A DNA stretch of 32,000 nucleotides from Fastidiosibacter lacustris (GTDB taxonomy: Bacteria > Pseudomonadota > Gammaproteobacteria > Francisellales > Francisellaceae): positions 90,001 through 122,000 of the forward strand of contig NZ_QLIR01000001.1 in NCBI RefSeq assembly GCF_003428155.1, read 5' to 3'. A program made the translations under genes and the position numbers. Positions 11,391 to 21,234 of the stretch are shown here, piece by piece (the first letter of the stretch is position 1; the number at the start of each line of letters is the position of its first letter). The notes under the pieces were generated by a model. That model saw only the letters and a list, made by a program, of their open reading frames with translations. It was not told where the DNA came from and made no database searches.

Positions 11391-11456
11391 ATGTCAAATT
11401 TACATGAGCTTAGCTTATGGTGGTATGACAAAGATTTATGTTTGGCATTAACATAA
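11391..11456 (+). CDS. Candidate 21-aa small ORF MSNLHELSLWWYDKDLCLALT upstream of prs
   Basis: ATG preceded by AAGGAAGGGAGTGT (Shine-Dalgarno-like), short ORF ending TAA; no homology evidence available. Confidence 0.25.
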   Translation: MSNLHELSLWWYDKDLCLALT

Positions 11457-11554
11457 CGCCAAGGTAAATTTCTGAAAAAAATCTTTATATTTTCCAAAAA
11501 TTGGGTATATTGCTCTAAGCAAACTCAAGCCAAGCTTATTTTAAGGTTTTATCC

Positions 11555-12505
11555 ATGTCGGATTTGATGCTTTTTAGTGGTCGCGCAAGCAAACAACTTA
11601 CTGAAGAAATCTCTCATTTTTTAGGTGTACAAGTAGGACGAGCTACAGTTTCTGCCTTTAGCGATGGTGAAAGTCATATTGAAATTATCGATAATGTCCG
11701 TGGTCGTGATGTTTTTATTGTTCAATCAACTTGCCCACCTACTAACGACCATATCATGGAGCTTATGTTTTTAACTGATGCACTGCGTCGCTCATCAGCA
11801 GGACGCATCACAGCAGTGTTGCCATATTTTGGCTACGCAAGGCAAGATCGACGTGTACGTTCTTCACGTGTCCCTATTTCGGCTCGTGTCGTTGCTGATA
11901 TGCTAACAGGGGTTGGCATTGATCGTTTATTAACAGTTGATATTCATGCTGAGCAGATTCAAGGTTTTTTTAATATTCCATTGGATAACGTATATGGCAC
12001 ACCTATTTTACTCGATTATATCCGCTCACGTCGTTTAGAGAATCCTATAGTTGTGTCACCTGATATTGGAGGGGTAGTAAGAGCAAGAGCATTAGCTAAG
12101 GCACTTAACACCGACCTTGCCATTATTGACAAGCGTCGCCAAAAAGCCAATGAATCTGAGGTTATGAATATAATTGGTGATATTACAGACCGTCATTGTT
12201 TGATAGTTGATGATATCGTTGATACTGCGGGCACCTTATGTAAAGCAGCTCACGCTTTAATTGAGCATGGTGCTCACAAAGTTTCGGCTTACTGTGTCCA
12301 TCCCGTTCTATCTGGTAACGCTATTGAGAACATTGAGAGTTCGGTATTAGAGGAGTTAGTTGTTACCAACTCTATTCCACTACATTGTGCTGCTGCAAAA
12401 TGTAAAAAAATCAAGACACTATCATTAGCACCAATGCTATCTGAAGCGATTCGTCGTACAAATAATGAAGAATCGATTAGCTTAATGTTCTCTGACCTCA
12501 TTTAA
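11555..12505 (+). CDS. prs: Ribose-phosphate pyrophosphokinase
   Basis: [78 protein letters not shown]. Confidence 0.98.
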   Translation: MSDLMLFSGRASKQLTEEISHFLGVQVGRATVSAFSDGESHIEIIDNVRGRDVFIVQSTCPPTNDHIMELMFLTDALRRSSAGRITAVLPYFGYARQDRRVRSSRVPISARVVADMLTGVGIDRLLTVDIHAEQIQGFFNIPLDNVYGTPILLDYIRSRRLENPIVVSPDIGGVVRARALAKALNTDLAIIDKRRQKANESEVMNIIGDITDRHCLIVDDIVDTAGTLCKAAHALIEHGAHKVSAYCVHPVLSGNAIENIESSVLEELVVTNSIPLHCAAAKCKKIKTLSLAPMLSEAIRRTNNEESISLMFSDLI

Positions 12506-12618
12506 TTGTTAACATTTATATCCTTCTCTGTTACAATGCTGCGGCTGTATTCGTTAGGGTCGCATGACGTATGCACGTATTTTGAGTTAAACGAATTATT
12601 TTATTTAAGGAAAATAAC

Positions 12619-12909
12619 ATGACTGAATTTACATTCCAAGCGGAATTAAAAACTGAAAAAGGTACAGGTGCGAGCCGCCGCCTACGTAAAGCAGATAAAA
12701 TTCCTGCTATTATCTATGGGAAAGGCGCTGAAGCACTTTTGATTACACTTGAACACGACAAAGTTTTACATGCTGCTAAGAACAAAGCATTTTATGATGG
12801 AATAGTAACAATACATGTCGATGGTAAAAACGAAAACGTTAAAATTCAAGCCTTACAAAGGCATCCATTTAAACCAAAAATTCTTCACGCAGATTTTATA
12901 CGCGTATAG
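12619..12909 (+). CDS. rplY: 50S ribosomal protein L25
   Basis: F.AELKTEKGTGASRRLRKADKIPAIIYGKG, VKIQALQRHPFKPKILHADFIRV. Confidence 0.94.
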   Translation: MTEFTFQAELKTEKGTGASRRLRKADKIPAIIYGKGAEALLITLEHDKVLHAAKNKAFYDGIVTIHVDGKNENVKIQALQRHPFKPKILHADFIRV

Positions 12910-12993
12910 TTATTGATACCGTGATGGATCTATGCCATCTTTATTTATTGTTTGGTAACTGGAATAAAGTTATTTCTCTGACTATCTAAAAAG

Positions 12994-13040
12994 ACATAAT
13001 AAAAAAATGAACGATTATCTGTTTAATTTTTTTATTATGT
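12994..13040. repeat. Perfect 15-bp inverted repeat (ACATAATAAAAAAAT / ATTTTTTTATTATGT) with 17-nt spacer; possible bidirectional terminator-like hairpin
   Basis: Arms 12994-13008 and 13026-13040 read directly from sequence. Confidence 0.8.
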
Positions 13041-13088
13041 TTCACAATGAGTCTATTCATAATTCACAGCCAATGGAGCATATTTTAA

Positions 13089-14360
13089 GTGTCAATTATT
13101 GTCTTTTTTACCATCTTAGGTATATTGGGTTTAGCACAGACCTATAAAGTCAGCTTTAATATTCGAGTCTTGGGGTCTCTTATCGTTGGTATAATTTTTG
13201 GGCTTGTGTTACAGCAATTTAATGACTCGTATTCCGGTGACAACTTACATAGTTTGCTTGACCTTATTAGTGATACTTATATCAGCCTCTTAAAAATGCT
13301 GATCATTCCTTTAGTATTTACGGCAATCATCAATGCGATTGTTAATCTGCGCCACCATCAAGGCAGCTATTTAATCAAGATCGTTACGAAGACCGTTGTT
13401 GTAATTCTACTTTTAACGGGCATTAGTGCAGTTATTGGTGGTTTTATTGGCTCACTGATGCACATAGGCTCTGGAGTGGCTTTTTTAGGTGTACTTGAAA
13501 CTTCTGAGTCTCACAGTATAGTTAGTACAATTACAGGTATGTTACCAAGCAACCCAGTTACAGCGATGGCAAACAATAATGTGATTGCAGTTGTTATTTT
13601 TGCTGCTTTACTTGGCTTTGCAACTTTAAAATTACACCAACAAGAAAAAGAAATAGCCTTAGCTTTCATCAATTTTATTCACTCCGCATTTTTCGTTGCA
13701 AAAAAACTAGCTAGTATGATTATCGCATTAACACCTTACGGTGTATTTGCGCTTATGAGTTCAATGATGCTTAATTATGGTCTAAGTACTTTATTAGAAA
13801 TGCTCAACTTTATTACTGCTATGTATATCGCGATGAGTATTGTGATGCTCCTCCACACGATACTCATCAGCTTGTGTGGGGTCAATCCGATTCATTACTA
13901 TAAGAACGTTTGGCGTGCGCTACTTGTTGCATTTACCACTCGCTCAAGCTTTGGTACGCTTCCGGTCACCATGGATGCACTTGGCAATCGTTTGAAACTC
14001 TCTGAAAGCGTGTCAAACTTTACCCCCAGCATTGGTGCGACAATTGGGATGAATGCTTGTGCTGGGATTTATCCTGCCATGCTTGTCGTGATGACTTTAG
14101 CAATTATGGGGCAACCCGTTACTTGGCAAGTTATTCTATTAGTGGGCGCAATTAACATGATTGCATCCTTTGGTGTATCTGGTATTCCTGGTACCGCATT
14201 TATTGCAGCAGGTGTGACCTTTTCTACATTAGGACTACCTTTTAATATCATAGCTTTAGTTCAAGGGATTGACCCCATTATTGATATGGGGAGGACAGCA
14301 ACCAATGTGAATGGTGTTATGACAACCGCTGTTATTACCGATAAAACAACGCGTTCATGA
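13089..14360 (+). CDS. Dicarboxylate/amino acid:cation symporter (DAACS family), GTG start
   Basis: LLKMLIIPLVFTAIINAIVNL, AFTTRSSFGTLPVTMDAL, FTPSIGATIGMNACAGIYPAMLVVM, GIPGTAFIAAGV, GIDPIIDMGRTATNVNG. Confidence 0.95.
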   Translation: MSIIVFFTILGILGLAQTYKVSFNIRVLGSLIVGIIFGLVLQQFNDSYSGDNLHSLLDLISDTYISLLKMLIIPLVFTAIINAIVNLRHHQGSYLIKIVTKTVVVILLLTGISAVIGGFIGSLMHIGSGVAFLGVLETSESHSIVSTITGMLPSNPVTAMANNNVIAVVIFAALLGFATLKLHQQEKEIALAFINFIHSAFFVAKKLASMIIALTPYGVFALMSSMMLNYGLSTLLEMLNFITAMYIAMSIVMLLHTILISLCGVNPIHYYKNVWRALLVAFTTRSSFGTLPVTMDALGNRLKLSESVSNFTPSIGATIGMNACAGIYPAMLVVMTLAIMGQPVTWQVILLVGAINMIASFGVSGIPGTAFIAAGVTFSTLGLPFNIIALVQGIDPIIDMGRTATNVNGVMTTAVITDKTTRS

Positions 14361-14385
14361 AAGATAAATTTATAAGTTAATTAAA

Positions 14386-14496
14386 TTATAAGTACAAAGA
14401 AGCTTGAGCCTGTAATGCGCAAAACTTCTTATATTCTGTTTTAAACGTTTGCCACGTTGATCTTTTTCCTGCTGTTTTTCTTACCTGCTTGGTCAT
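14386..14496 (-). CDS. Candidate 36-aa basic small protein MTKQVRKTAGKRSTWQTFKTEYKKFCALQAQASLYL
   Basis: ATG with AGGAG 8 nt upstream (taggagatacgattATG), TATAAT on minus strand at 14551-14546; absent from the supplied ORF track because of length. Confidence 0.5.
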   Translation of the reverse strand: MTKQVRKTAGKRSTWQTFKTEYKKFCALQAQASLYL

Positions 14497-14545
14497 AATC
14501 GTATCTCCTATTATTTTCAACTTTTTGATCTTTCGATCAATTTAC

Positions 14546-14551
14546 ATTATA
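14546..14551 (-). promoter_or_regulatory. Putative -10 box (TATAAT, minus strand) for the small ORF 14386-14496
   Basis: Plus strand attata; followed downstream on the minus strand by TTGATC-GAAA-GATCAA hairpin (14540-14525) and SD. Confidence 0.4.
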
Positions 14552-14610
14552 ACTAAGCATTTATAAAAAGCAGTTTCAGCTATGTTTCACTGTGTATGGT
14601 TCTTGATACG

Positions 14611-14709
14611 TTAAATTAACACATCACCTTGCAATACTCTATTTAATGCTCTGCTAAGCATTTGGTTTGTTACTCTGTTCATGTTTCTTTTTAAAGCTTT
14701 CCTTATCAC
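14611..14709 (-). CDS. Candidate 32-aa basic small ORF MIRKALKRNMNRVTNQMLSRALNRVLQGDVLI, GTG start overlapping sbcB stop (GTGA); internal ATG at 14682
   Basis: Continuous frame read from sequence; translational-coupling-like overlap with sbcB. No homology evidence. Confidence 0.25.
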   Translation of the reverse strand: MIRKALKRNMNRVTNQMLSRALNRVLQGDVLI

Positions 14710-16124
14710 AAGGACAAATATGACTCTAGCTCAGCCAATAAACTGAATTGCTCCTCAGTCAAATTCTCTTCTTGCAATGTTTGTATACGCTCATAGATTT
14801 CTGGTATAGACACTTTGCGTTCACCTTTGTAGTCAATAGGCATATTTTCTATATCATAACTGGCAATCCGTTCAAGGTACATTTGAAACTCTTCTTGCAT
14901 TGCTAGTGGTAACTTTTCTGGATTCATGCGTCCAATTATTCGTAAAGCGCGTTCATAATAAGAGCGATTCATTTTTGGCATAAGTTTGATCTTTTGTTCA
15001 ATATCACATTTATGAAAATATTCACATAAATTCTGTTCTGCATAGTTCATAAAACCTGCTTGATATAAAGAAGCATCAACGTCAACATTTTCTATTTCAG
15101 GATATTTAAAGTCTAAAGTGTAGTCTCTTATTTCAGTCAAAATCCTTGGATTTTGTTGTAAGAATGCTTTATTTTCCTTTATTTTTTGAATACGCTCATC
15201 CGATAGGTGAGCTAAAAATCGCTTTTTAGCAGGTAATATTAACGGCAAATCACCCCATTTCTTATTAATGGTAAGAAAATGTTCGTGTATGTTTTGTGTG
15301 GTCACCTCTTGCAAATCAGTATAATCTAAACGCAAAAAACACCACTGATTCTTGTAGTGCCAATGTTGTCCCAAGTTTAACACTGGCAAAATAAAACGTT
15401 CATTGTAACCAAATCTCCCTGAAACCATAAGGGCTTGCTGGTATGATTCATGTGCAACTTCTAAACCAATATCTAATAAAGACAAAATTTTTTGATCTTC
15501 TGTTTTATTAAAGTGCTCAATTAAATACTCCCACACCTTAGGCTGATGTAATTTGAATCTTCGAGCTAATTCTAAAGTTACGATCACATCGGTAATTGCA
15601 TCATGGGCACGTCCTTCTTTATACAAGCTATTTTGTGTATTTAAATTCTCGAGCTTAAGTGATACCTTACCTTCTTTATCTAAAGGCCAACTTAATACAT
15701 TTTGTGCAAACAGATAATAAGCTGTGGCAATAGGGTATAAATCCACTCGCACACAACCATTTTTATACTGATGGTCATAAGCAGAAAACAGGTTTTTAAA
15801 AAATGCAAACCGTAAAAACTCATCGTCAAATGTTAAAGTGTTATAGCCTAAACTAATCGTATCAGGCGTATTAAAAAGCGAGTGTATTTTCTTAATAGCT
15901 TCATACTCATACATACCACTATTTGACTTTTCAATTGAAATATGATGAGTAATTGAAGCCTCTGGAGTTGGGATTGTATCTGGATTGAGCCTAACAAAAA
16001 AATCATAACGCTCTAGCTCATTAAGTGATTCATCGGTACGGATAGCGGCAAATTGGAGAATTTGATCAAAGCATTTATTAATGCCTGTTGTTTCTAAATC
16101 ATAAAAAAGGTAGGTTTTAGCCAT
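14706..16124 (-). CDS. sbcB: Exodeoxyribonuclease I
   Basis: TYLFYDLETTGINKCFDQILQFAAIRTD, HHISIEK, SLGYNTLTFDDEFLRFAFFKNLF, EGRAHDAITDVIVTLELA. Confidence 0.95.
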   Translation of the reverse strand: MAKTYLFYDLETTGINKCFDQILQFAAIRTDESLNELERYDFFVRLNPDTIPTPEASITHHISIEKSNSGMYEYEAIKKIHSLFNTPDTISLGYNTLTFDDEFLRFAFFKNLFSAYDHQYKNGCVRVDLYPIATAYYLFAQNVLSWPLDKEGKVSLKLENLNTQNSLYKEGRAHDAITDVIVTLELARRFKLHQPKVWEYLIEHFNKTEDQKILSLLDIGLEVAHESYQQALMVSGRFGYNERFILPVLNLGQHWHYKNQWCFLRLDYTDLQEVTTQNIHEHFLTINKKWGDLPLILPAKKRFLAHLSDERIQKIKENKAFLQQNPRILTEIRDYTLDFKYPEIENVDVDASLYQAGFMNYAEQNLCEYFHKCDIEQKIKLMPKMNRSYYERALRIIGRMNPEKLPLAMQEEFQMYLERIASYDIENMPIDYKGERKVSIPEIYERIQTLQEENLTEEQFSLLAELESYLSL

Positions 16125-16189
16125 TTATGTTTTCACTTCTTCTCAGGATAGCTAAAGAGTGTAATCGCTTTATAAAACGATGTCAGCGT

Positions 16190-16858
16190 TTACACATGGA
16201 TTTTCTTCCATTGTGATGTACCTTGCAAATAAATAGGCATCACCTGTTGATTTAAGCGATTTTCATCTTTTTTACTTTGATATTCAGTCAGTATTGCTTC
16301 ATACAAATGCTGAGTATCTGGGCAGTAACCTTGAATATCGGGTTTAATTCCCAAACCTTCAATACAATCACCTACCACTAAGCTTAACGGTTTATCAGTA
16401 GACATTGCCTTAAGTACATCCTGTTTAAAGCAATCTTCAGATTTAATTTCTAAAATGTTTTTTAGTTTATTAAAGGAATACTGACCACAATATACGTCTG
16501 CCATACGCGCATCTAAAATAACGGAAATTAAATGTGCTTTTGTCTTATGATACGCATCTAATGCTATAGCATACATAGAAGAAAAGCCAACAACAGGTTT
16601 ATCTAGTGCTAATGACATCGCTTGCATAACAGCTGCTGACAATCTGACACCAACAAAACTGCCAGGCCCTACACCATATGCCAATAGATCAATTGCCGTT
16701 TTTTGAATCTTTGCTTGACTAATTAACTCATTAATCATTGGTAACAGGTACTCATTATGTTCACGAGGAATATTTCTCGTTTGAGTAAAGAGTGCATCTT
16801 TCACAAATAATGTCACCGAACAAAAAGAGCTTGATGTATCAATTGCAAGAATATTCAT
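16190..16858 (-). CDS. tsaB: tRNA threonylcarbamoyladenosine biosynthesis protein TsaB
   Basis: MNILAIDTSSSFCSVTLF, LLPMINELI, YGVGPGSFVGVRLSAAVMQAMSLALDKPVVGFSSM. Confidence 0.94.
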   Translation of the reverse strand: MNILAIDTSSSFCSVTLFVKDALFTQTRNIPREHNEYLLPMINELISQAKIQKTAIDLLAYGVGPGSFVGVRLSAAVMQAMSLALDKPVVGFSSMYAIALDAYHKTKAHLISVILDARMADVYCGQYSFNKLKNILEIKSEDCFKQDVLKAMSTDKPLSLVVGDCIEGLGIKPDIQGYCPDTQHLYEAILTEYQSKKDENRLNQQVMPIYLQGTSQWKKIHV

Positions 16859-18705
16859 TATTCCACCGTAACTGACTTAGCCAAATTGCGCGGCTGATCG
16901 ACATCAGTACCTTTTTGTACGGCAACGTGATACGAAAACAGTTGAAGTGGAATTGTAAATACAATAGGTGCAAGGACTTCTGGTATTGAATCGATAACAA
17001 ATGTATGCTTAGAGTCAATCTGTAATGATTGACTAATGGCATGGTCAGCAAACACATACAATTCACCGCCTCTAGCTTGCACTTCTTGTAGATTACTTTC
17101 TAGTTTCTCTAATAACGCATCATTAGGTGCTACCGCAATAATGGGCATTTCTTTATCAACTAAAGCTAAAGGCCCATGCTTTAACTCACCAGCAGGATAG
17201 GCTTCAGCATGAATATAGGAGATCTCTTTTAACTTTAATGCACCTTCCAGTGCCACGGGATATTGCATGCCTCTACCCAAAAATAAAGCATGCTGCTTCT
17301 CAACAAAATTATACGATAATTGTTCAATCTCTTTATCAAGTGACAATACTTTTTTTATAATCTCTGGTACTTTTTTTAATGCTTTTAATATCTCTTGTTC
17401 TTTTGTTTTTGTGAGTGTTTGTTTTGCCTTTCCTAAAGCGACTGCAAACAAGATAAAAGCAACAAGTTGAGTGGTAAACGCCTTAGTCGAAGCAACCCCC
17501 ATTTCAATACCCGCTTGGGTCATAAACACCAAGTCCGCTTCTCGCACCATTGAACTATTTGGCATATTACAAATTGCTAATGTTTTAAGGTAACCACATG
17601 TCTTTGCCTGACGAAGTGCAGCTAATGTATCAGCAGTTTCTCCAGATTGGGAAACAGTTATAAATAAACTATTTTTAGTCACAACGGAATTTCGATATCT
17701 AAACTCACTTGCAATTTCAATGTCAACGCTTACCTTAGCATATTCTTCGATCCAATATTTAGCAACAAGTCCTGCATGAAAACTGGTACCACAAGCAACG
17801 ATTTTCACATGCTCTACTTGGGAAAAAAGCAAATTTGACTCAATACCAAACTTATCAACAATTATCTCATTATCAAAACTAATGCAGTTTGAAAAAGTAT
17901 TTGCAATCACTTGCGGCTGTTCAAAAATCTCTTTTTGCATATAATGCTTGTATCTTCCTTTTGACGCAGCATCTTGTATTTGATCCAGTTCTTTTATTTC
18001 AAGTTGCTTTGAAACGCCACTATGATCATAGATCTCTATTTTCCCTTGCTCAATAAGTACCATATCTCCTTCGTCTAAAAAGGCAAAACGGTTAGTAACA
18101 GGAAGCAAAGATAAAGTGTCAGAAGAAATAAAGTTTTCACCAATGCCATAACCAATTACAATGGGTGAACCTGAACGAACAGCTACTAGGCTATGTGGAA
18201 AATCCACGTGCATCACCGCAAGTCCATATGCCCCTTTTAGTTTTTTAATTACAGCATGAACATTTGTGATAAAGTCCTTATTTTTATCCCAACTTTTTTC
18301 AAGTAAATGCACTATGACTTCAGTATCAGTTTGCGATTGAAACTGCACACCTTGTGCAATAAGCTCAGTTTTTAACTGCATAAAATTTTCAATAATGCCG
18401 TTGTGCACAATTGCAATTTTACCGGATCCGCTCAGATGTGGGTGTGCATTATTCTCAGATGGTTCACCGTGTGTTGCCCAACGTGTGTGTGCTATACCTG
18501 TTATGCCTTTTAAATTTTTATCTTGAGTTGTTTTATCCACTAAGACTTGAACTTTTCCCAACGCTCTTTTGCGCTTGATCTTGCCATCTGCAACGATTAA
18601 TGCTACACCTGCTGAGTCATAGCCACGATACTCTAAACGCTTTAAACCTTCTAATAAAATAGCCAATACATTTCGCTCAGAAACAGCGCCAATGATTCCA
18701 CACAT
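16858..18705 (-). CDS. glmS: Glutamine--fructose-6-phosphate aminotransferase (isomerizing)
   Basis: MCGIIGAVSERNVLAILLEGLKRLEYRGYDSAG, HTRWATHGEPSENNAHPH, SQSGETADTLAAL, C-terminal DVDQPRNLAKSVTVE. Confidence 0.98.
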   Translation of the reverse strand: MCGIIGAVSERNVLAILLEGLKRLEYRGYDSAGVALIVADGKIKRKRALGKVQVLVDKTTQDKNLKGITGIAHTRWATHGEPSENNAHPHLSGSGKIAIVHNGIIENFMQLKTELIAQGVQFQSQTDTEVIVHLLEKSWDKNKDFITNVHAVIKKLKGAYGLAVMHVDFPHSLVAVRSGSPIVIGYGIGENFISSDTLSLLPVTNRFAFLDEGDMVLIEQGKIEIYDHSGVSKQLEIKELDQIQDAASKGRYKHYMQKEIFEQPQVIANTFSNCISFDNEIIVDKFGIESNLLFSQVEHVKIVACGTSFHAGLVAKYWIEEYAKVSVDIEIASEFRYRNSVVTKNSLFITVSQSGETADTLAALRQAKTCGYLKTLAICNMPNSSMVREADLVFMTQAGIEMGVASTKAFTTQLVAFILFAVALGKAKQTLTKTKEQEILKALKKVPEIIKKVLSLDKEIEQLSYNFVEKQHALFLGRGMQYPVALEGALKLKEISYIHAEAYPAGELKHGPLALVDKEMPIIAVAPNDALLEKLESNLQEVQARGGELYVFADHAISQSLQIDSKHTFVIDSIPEVLAPIVFTIPLQLFSYHVAVQKGTDVDQPRNLAKSVTVE

Positions 18706-18737
18706 TTTGTTTTCCTAATTTATTTTGTTTACGATTG

Positions 18738-20105
18738 TTACTCTTTTTTGGTGGGTCGCTTCCAGTCTGGGACCACCACTTGTTTATTCATACGGTTAAT
18801 TGTCAATTTACCACTAGGTACATTTTTAGTAATGGTTGAACCAGCTGCAATGTTAGCACCATCGCCCACACTCACAGGAGCAATCAATTGGCAATCTGAA
18901 CCAATAAACACGTCATTACCAATGATGGTTTGGTGTTTATTCACCCCGTCATAATTACAGGTAATTACCCCTGCACCAATATTAGAGTCAAAGCCAATTG
19001 TGCTGTCCCCGATATAACTTAAATGATTCACTTTGGAGTGTTTGCCAATAGTTGACTTTTTCACTTCAACAAAATTACCAATTTGCGATGCTTCTTCCAA
19101 AATTGTACCTGGTCGAATCCGTGCAAAAGGACCTACAGTAACACTTGACTTAATATCAGCACCATCAATAATAGTGTTTGGCTTGACCTTAACGTTATTA
19201 CCAATAACACAATCTTTTAAAATGCAATTGGCGCCAATCACACAATCTTCACCAATGATCACATGACCCTTAATAAGCACGTTAATATCAATCCAGGTAT
19301 CTGCACCAATTTCAACTGAACCTCTTACATCAAATCGATTTGGATCTGCAAGGGAGACACCTTTTGCCATAACTCGCTCTGCAACAGCCTTTTGCCACAT
19401 TCGTTCAAGCTCAGCAAGCTGTGACCTCGTATTAACACCTAAAATTTCAAAATTATACGCAGGATGTGCTGCACGAATATTTATCCTGTCTTGACAAGCA
19501 AAAGCTACAATATCCGTCAAATAATATTCTTTTTGTGCATTTTTATTTTCAATTTTTGGAATCCAGTGGTGCAAGTTTTTACCAGAAACACAGTAAATTC
19601 CAGTGTTAATTTCCTTGATTTGCTTTTGAATGTCACTGGCATCTTTTTCTTCAACGATCAACTCAATTTCACCAAAACGGTTGCGTATAATTCTACCAAG
19701 TCCTCCTGGGTTCTCGACATGTGCCGTTAAAATACCTAAATCATCATCACGCGTTACATCAATCAAATGGTTTAAGGTGTCAAAGGACACCAATGGTACA
19801 TCACCATACAAAATCAGCACCTTATCTTTCTTTTTAATGTGAGGAAGTGCTTGTAAAACAGCATGTCCTGTTCCTAAGCGGTCCCTTTGCTCGACCCAAA
19901 TAATTTTTTTATCTTCCAGCGCAGATTGTACTTGCTGCCCTAAATGCCCCTGGACAATGATAATATTATCTGCCTGCAACGACTCAACAGTTTCGACAAC
20001 ATGACGAATAAGCGTTTTTCCTGCTAGCGTTTGCAGTACTTTTGATTTTTTTGAGCACATACGAGATCCTTGCCCAGCGGCAAGAATCACTACTGATAAA
20101 GCCAT
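18738..20105 (-). CDS. glmU: Bifunctional UDP-N-acetylglucosamine pyrophosphorylase / glucosamine-1-phosphate N-acetyltransferase
   Basis: LSVVILAAGQGSRMCSKKSKVLQTLAGKTL, GHAVLQALPHI, left-handed beta-helix hexapeptides, NYDGVNKHQTIIGNDVFIGSDCQLIAPV. Confidence 0.98.
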   Translation of the reverse strand: MALSVVILAAGQGSRMCSKKSKVLQTLAGKTLIRHVVETVESLQADNIIIVQGHLGQQVQSALEDKKIIWVEQRDRLGTGHAVLQALPHIKKKDKVLILYGDVPLVSFDTLNHLIDVTRDDDLGILTAHVENPGGLGRIIRNRFGEIELIVEEKDASDIQKQIKEINTGIYCVSGKNLHHWIPKIENKNAQKEYYLTDIVAFACQDRINIRAAHPAYNFEILGVNTRSQLAELERMWQKAVAERVMAKGVSLADPNRFDVRGSVEIGADTWIDINVLIKGHVIIGEDCVIGANCILKDCVIGNNVKVKPNTIIDGADIKSSVTVGPFARIRPGTILEEASQIGNFVEVKKSTIGKHSKVNHLSYIGDSTIGFDSNIGAGVITCNYDGVNKHQTIIGNDVFIGSDCQLIAPVSVGDGANIAAGSTITKNVPSGKLTINRMNKQVVVPDWKRPTKKE

Positions 20106-20346
20106 TATTACTCCTTTGTCAACTCATCACATAAGATATATTGCCCAAGACTCTCTAAAGTTAATCTGATTGATCTTGGCACTATTGAATATCTTGTTTT
20201 AGAAATGATTTAGATAGTATAACGATTAATTGCTAACAATAAACTGTTAACCTATCCAAACATAGTAACTTAAACGATTATACAGTATGATAAATGGGAT
20301 TTTGCTTAAAACTAGAGAACTCATGACATAAGGATAGCATTTACCA

Positions 20347-21234
20347 ATGACCTTCATTTTTAATAAAGTCGCTATTATTGGCACACATGACAATCCTGCT
20401 GTTGCTGAAACAGTAGAATATTTGATGCATAGTTTAATCGAGCAATCACTTCGCGTTTATTTAGAAGCTGAGACGGCTGCTAGTCTAGATGATAGGTTTG
20501 GTGAAGGCTACAGCTTGAAAGCGATTGCTAAACATTGTGAAATAGCCATTGTTGTAGGTGGAGATGGTAACTTTCTTAATGCTGGCAGAAATCTGTCGCT
20601 CATTAGTGATATTCCGATTGTGGGGATCAACCGAGGAAAACTGGGATTTTTAACAGACATTAATCCTGATCAAATTACCACGCGCTTATTTGATGTTTTG
20701 TGCGGTCGTTACCAACAAGAACAGCGCTTTATGCTACAAGCATCCATCACAAGTGAGCATCACCCAACTGAGCAAACTGTTGCTTTAAACGATATTGTTA
20801 TTGCAGCTGGACAACATAGTAGACTTTTCCAAATGCACGTTCATATCGATGGTCGTTATGCTTTTGATCAGCGCGCTGATGGCATGATTATTGCCACTCC
20901 CACAGGTTCTACTGCTCATGCACTATCAGCAGGAGGTCCGATTATGCACCCAGGCTTAGATGCAATCGTACTTGTGCCAATGTTTTCACATTCGCTTAAT
21001 AGTCGTCCGATTGTGCTTAATGCTAACAGCCAAATTGAAATCACGATTGGGGAATATAACAACCCTGAGCCAAGTTTAAGCTTTGATGGGCATATGAAGC
21101 TTCAGCTTCGCCCAGCTGACACTATCAAACTACATCGCTGTAAAAAATCTGTCAGCATATTACATCCATTAGACTATGATTATTTCCATTCACTTCGCTC
21201 TAAGTTGCATTGGGGGAAAATGCTTTTTCCTTAA
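20347..21234 (+). CDS. nadK: NAD kinase
   Basis: [58 protein letters not shown]. Confidence 0.96.
   Translation: MTFIFNKVAIIGTHDNPAVAETVEYLMHSLIEQSLRVYLEAETAASLDDRFGEGYSLKAIAKHCEIAIVVGGDGNFLNAGRNLSLISDIPIVGINRGKLGFLTDINPDQITTRLFDVLCGRYQQEQRFMLQASITSEHHPTEQTVALNDIVIAAGQHSRLFQMHVHIDGRYAFDQRADGMIIATPTGSTAHALSAGGPIMHPGLDAIVLVPMFSHSLNSRPIVLNANSQIEITIGEYNNPEPSLSFDGHMKLQLRPADTIKLHRCKKSVSILHPLDYDYFHSLRSKLHWGKMLFP

Noticed and set aside
19464-19730. Plus-strand ORFs inside glmU (also 18748-18954, 19033-19266, 19630-19842)
   Set aside because: All antisense to the strongly supported glmU; low-complexity hydrophobic translations typical of shadow frames.
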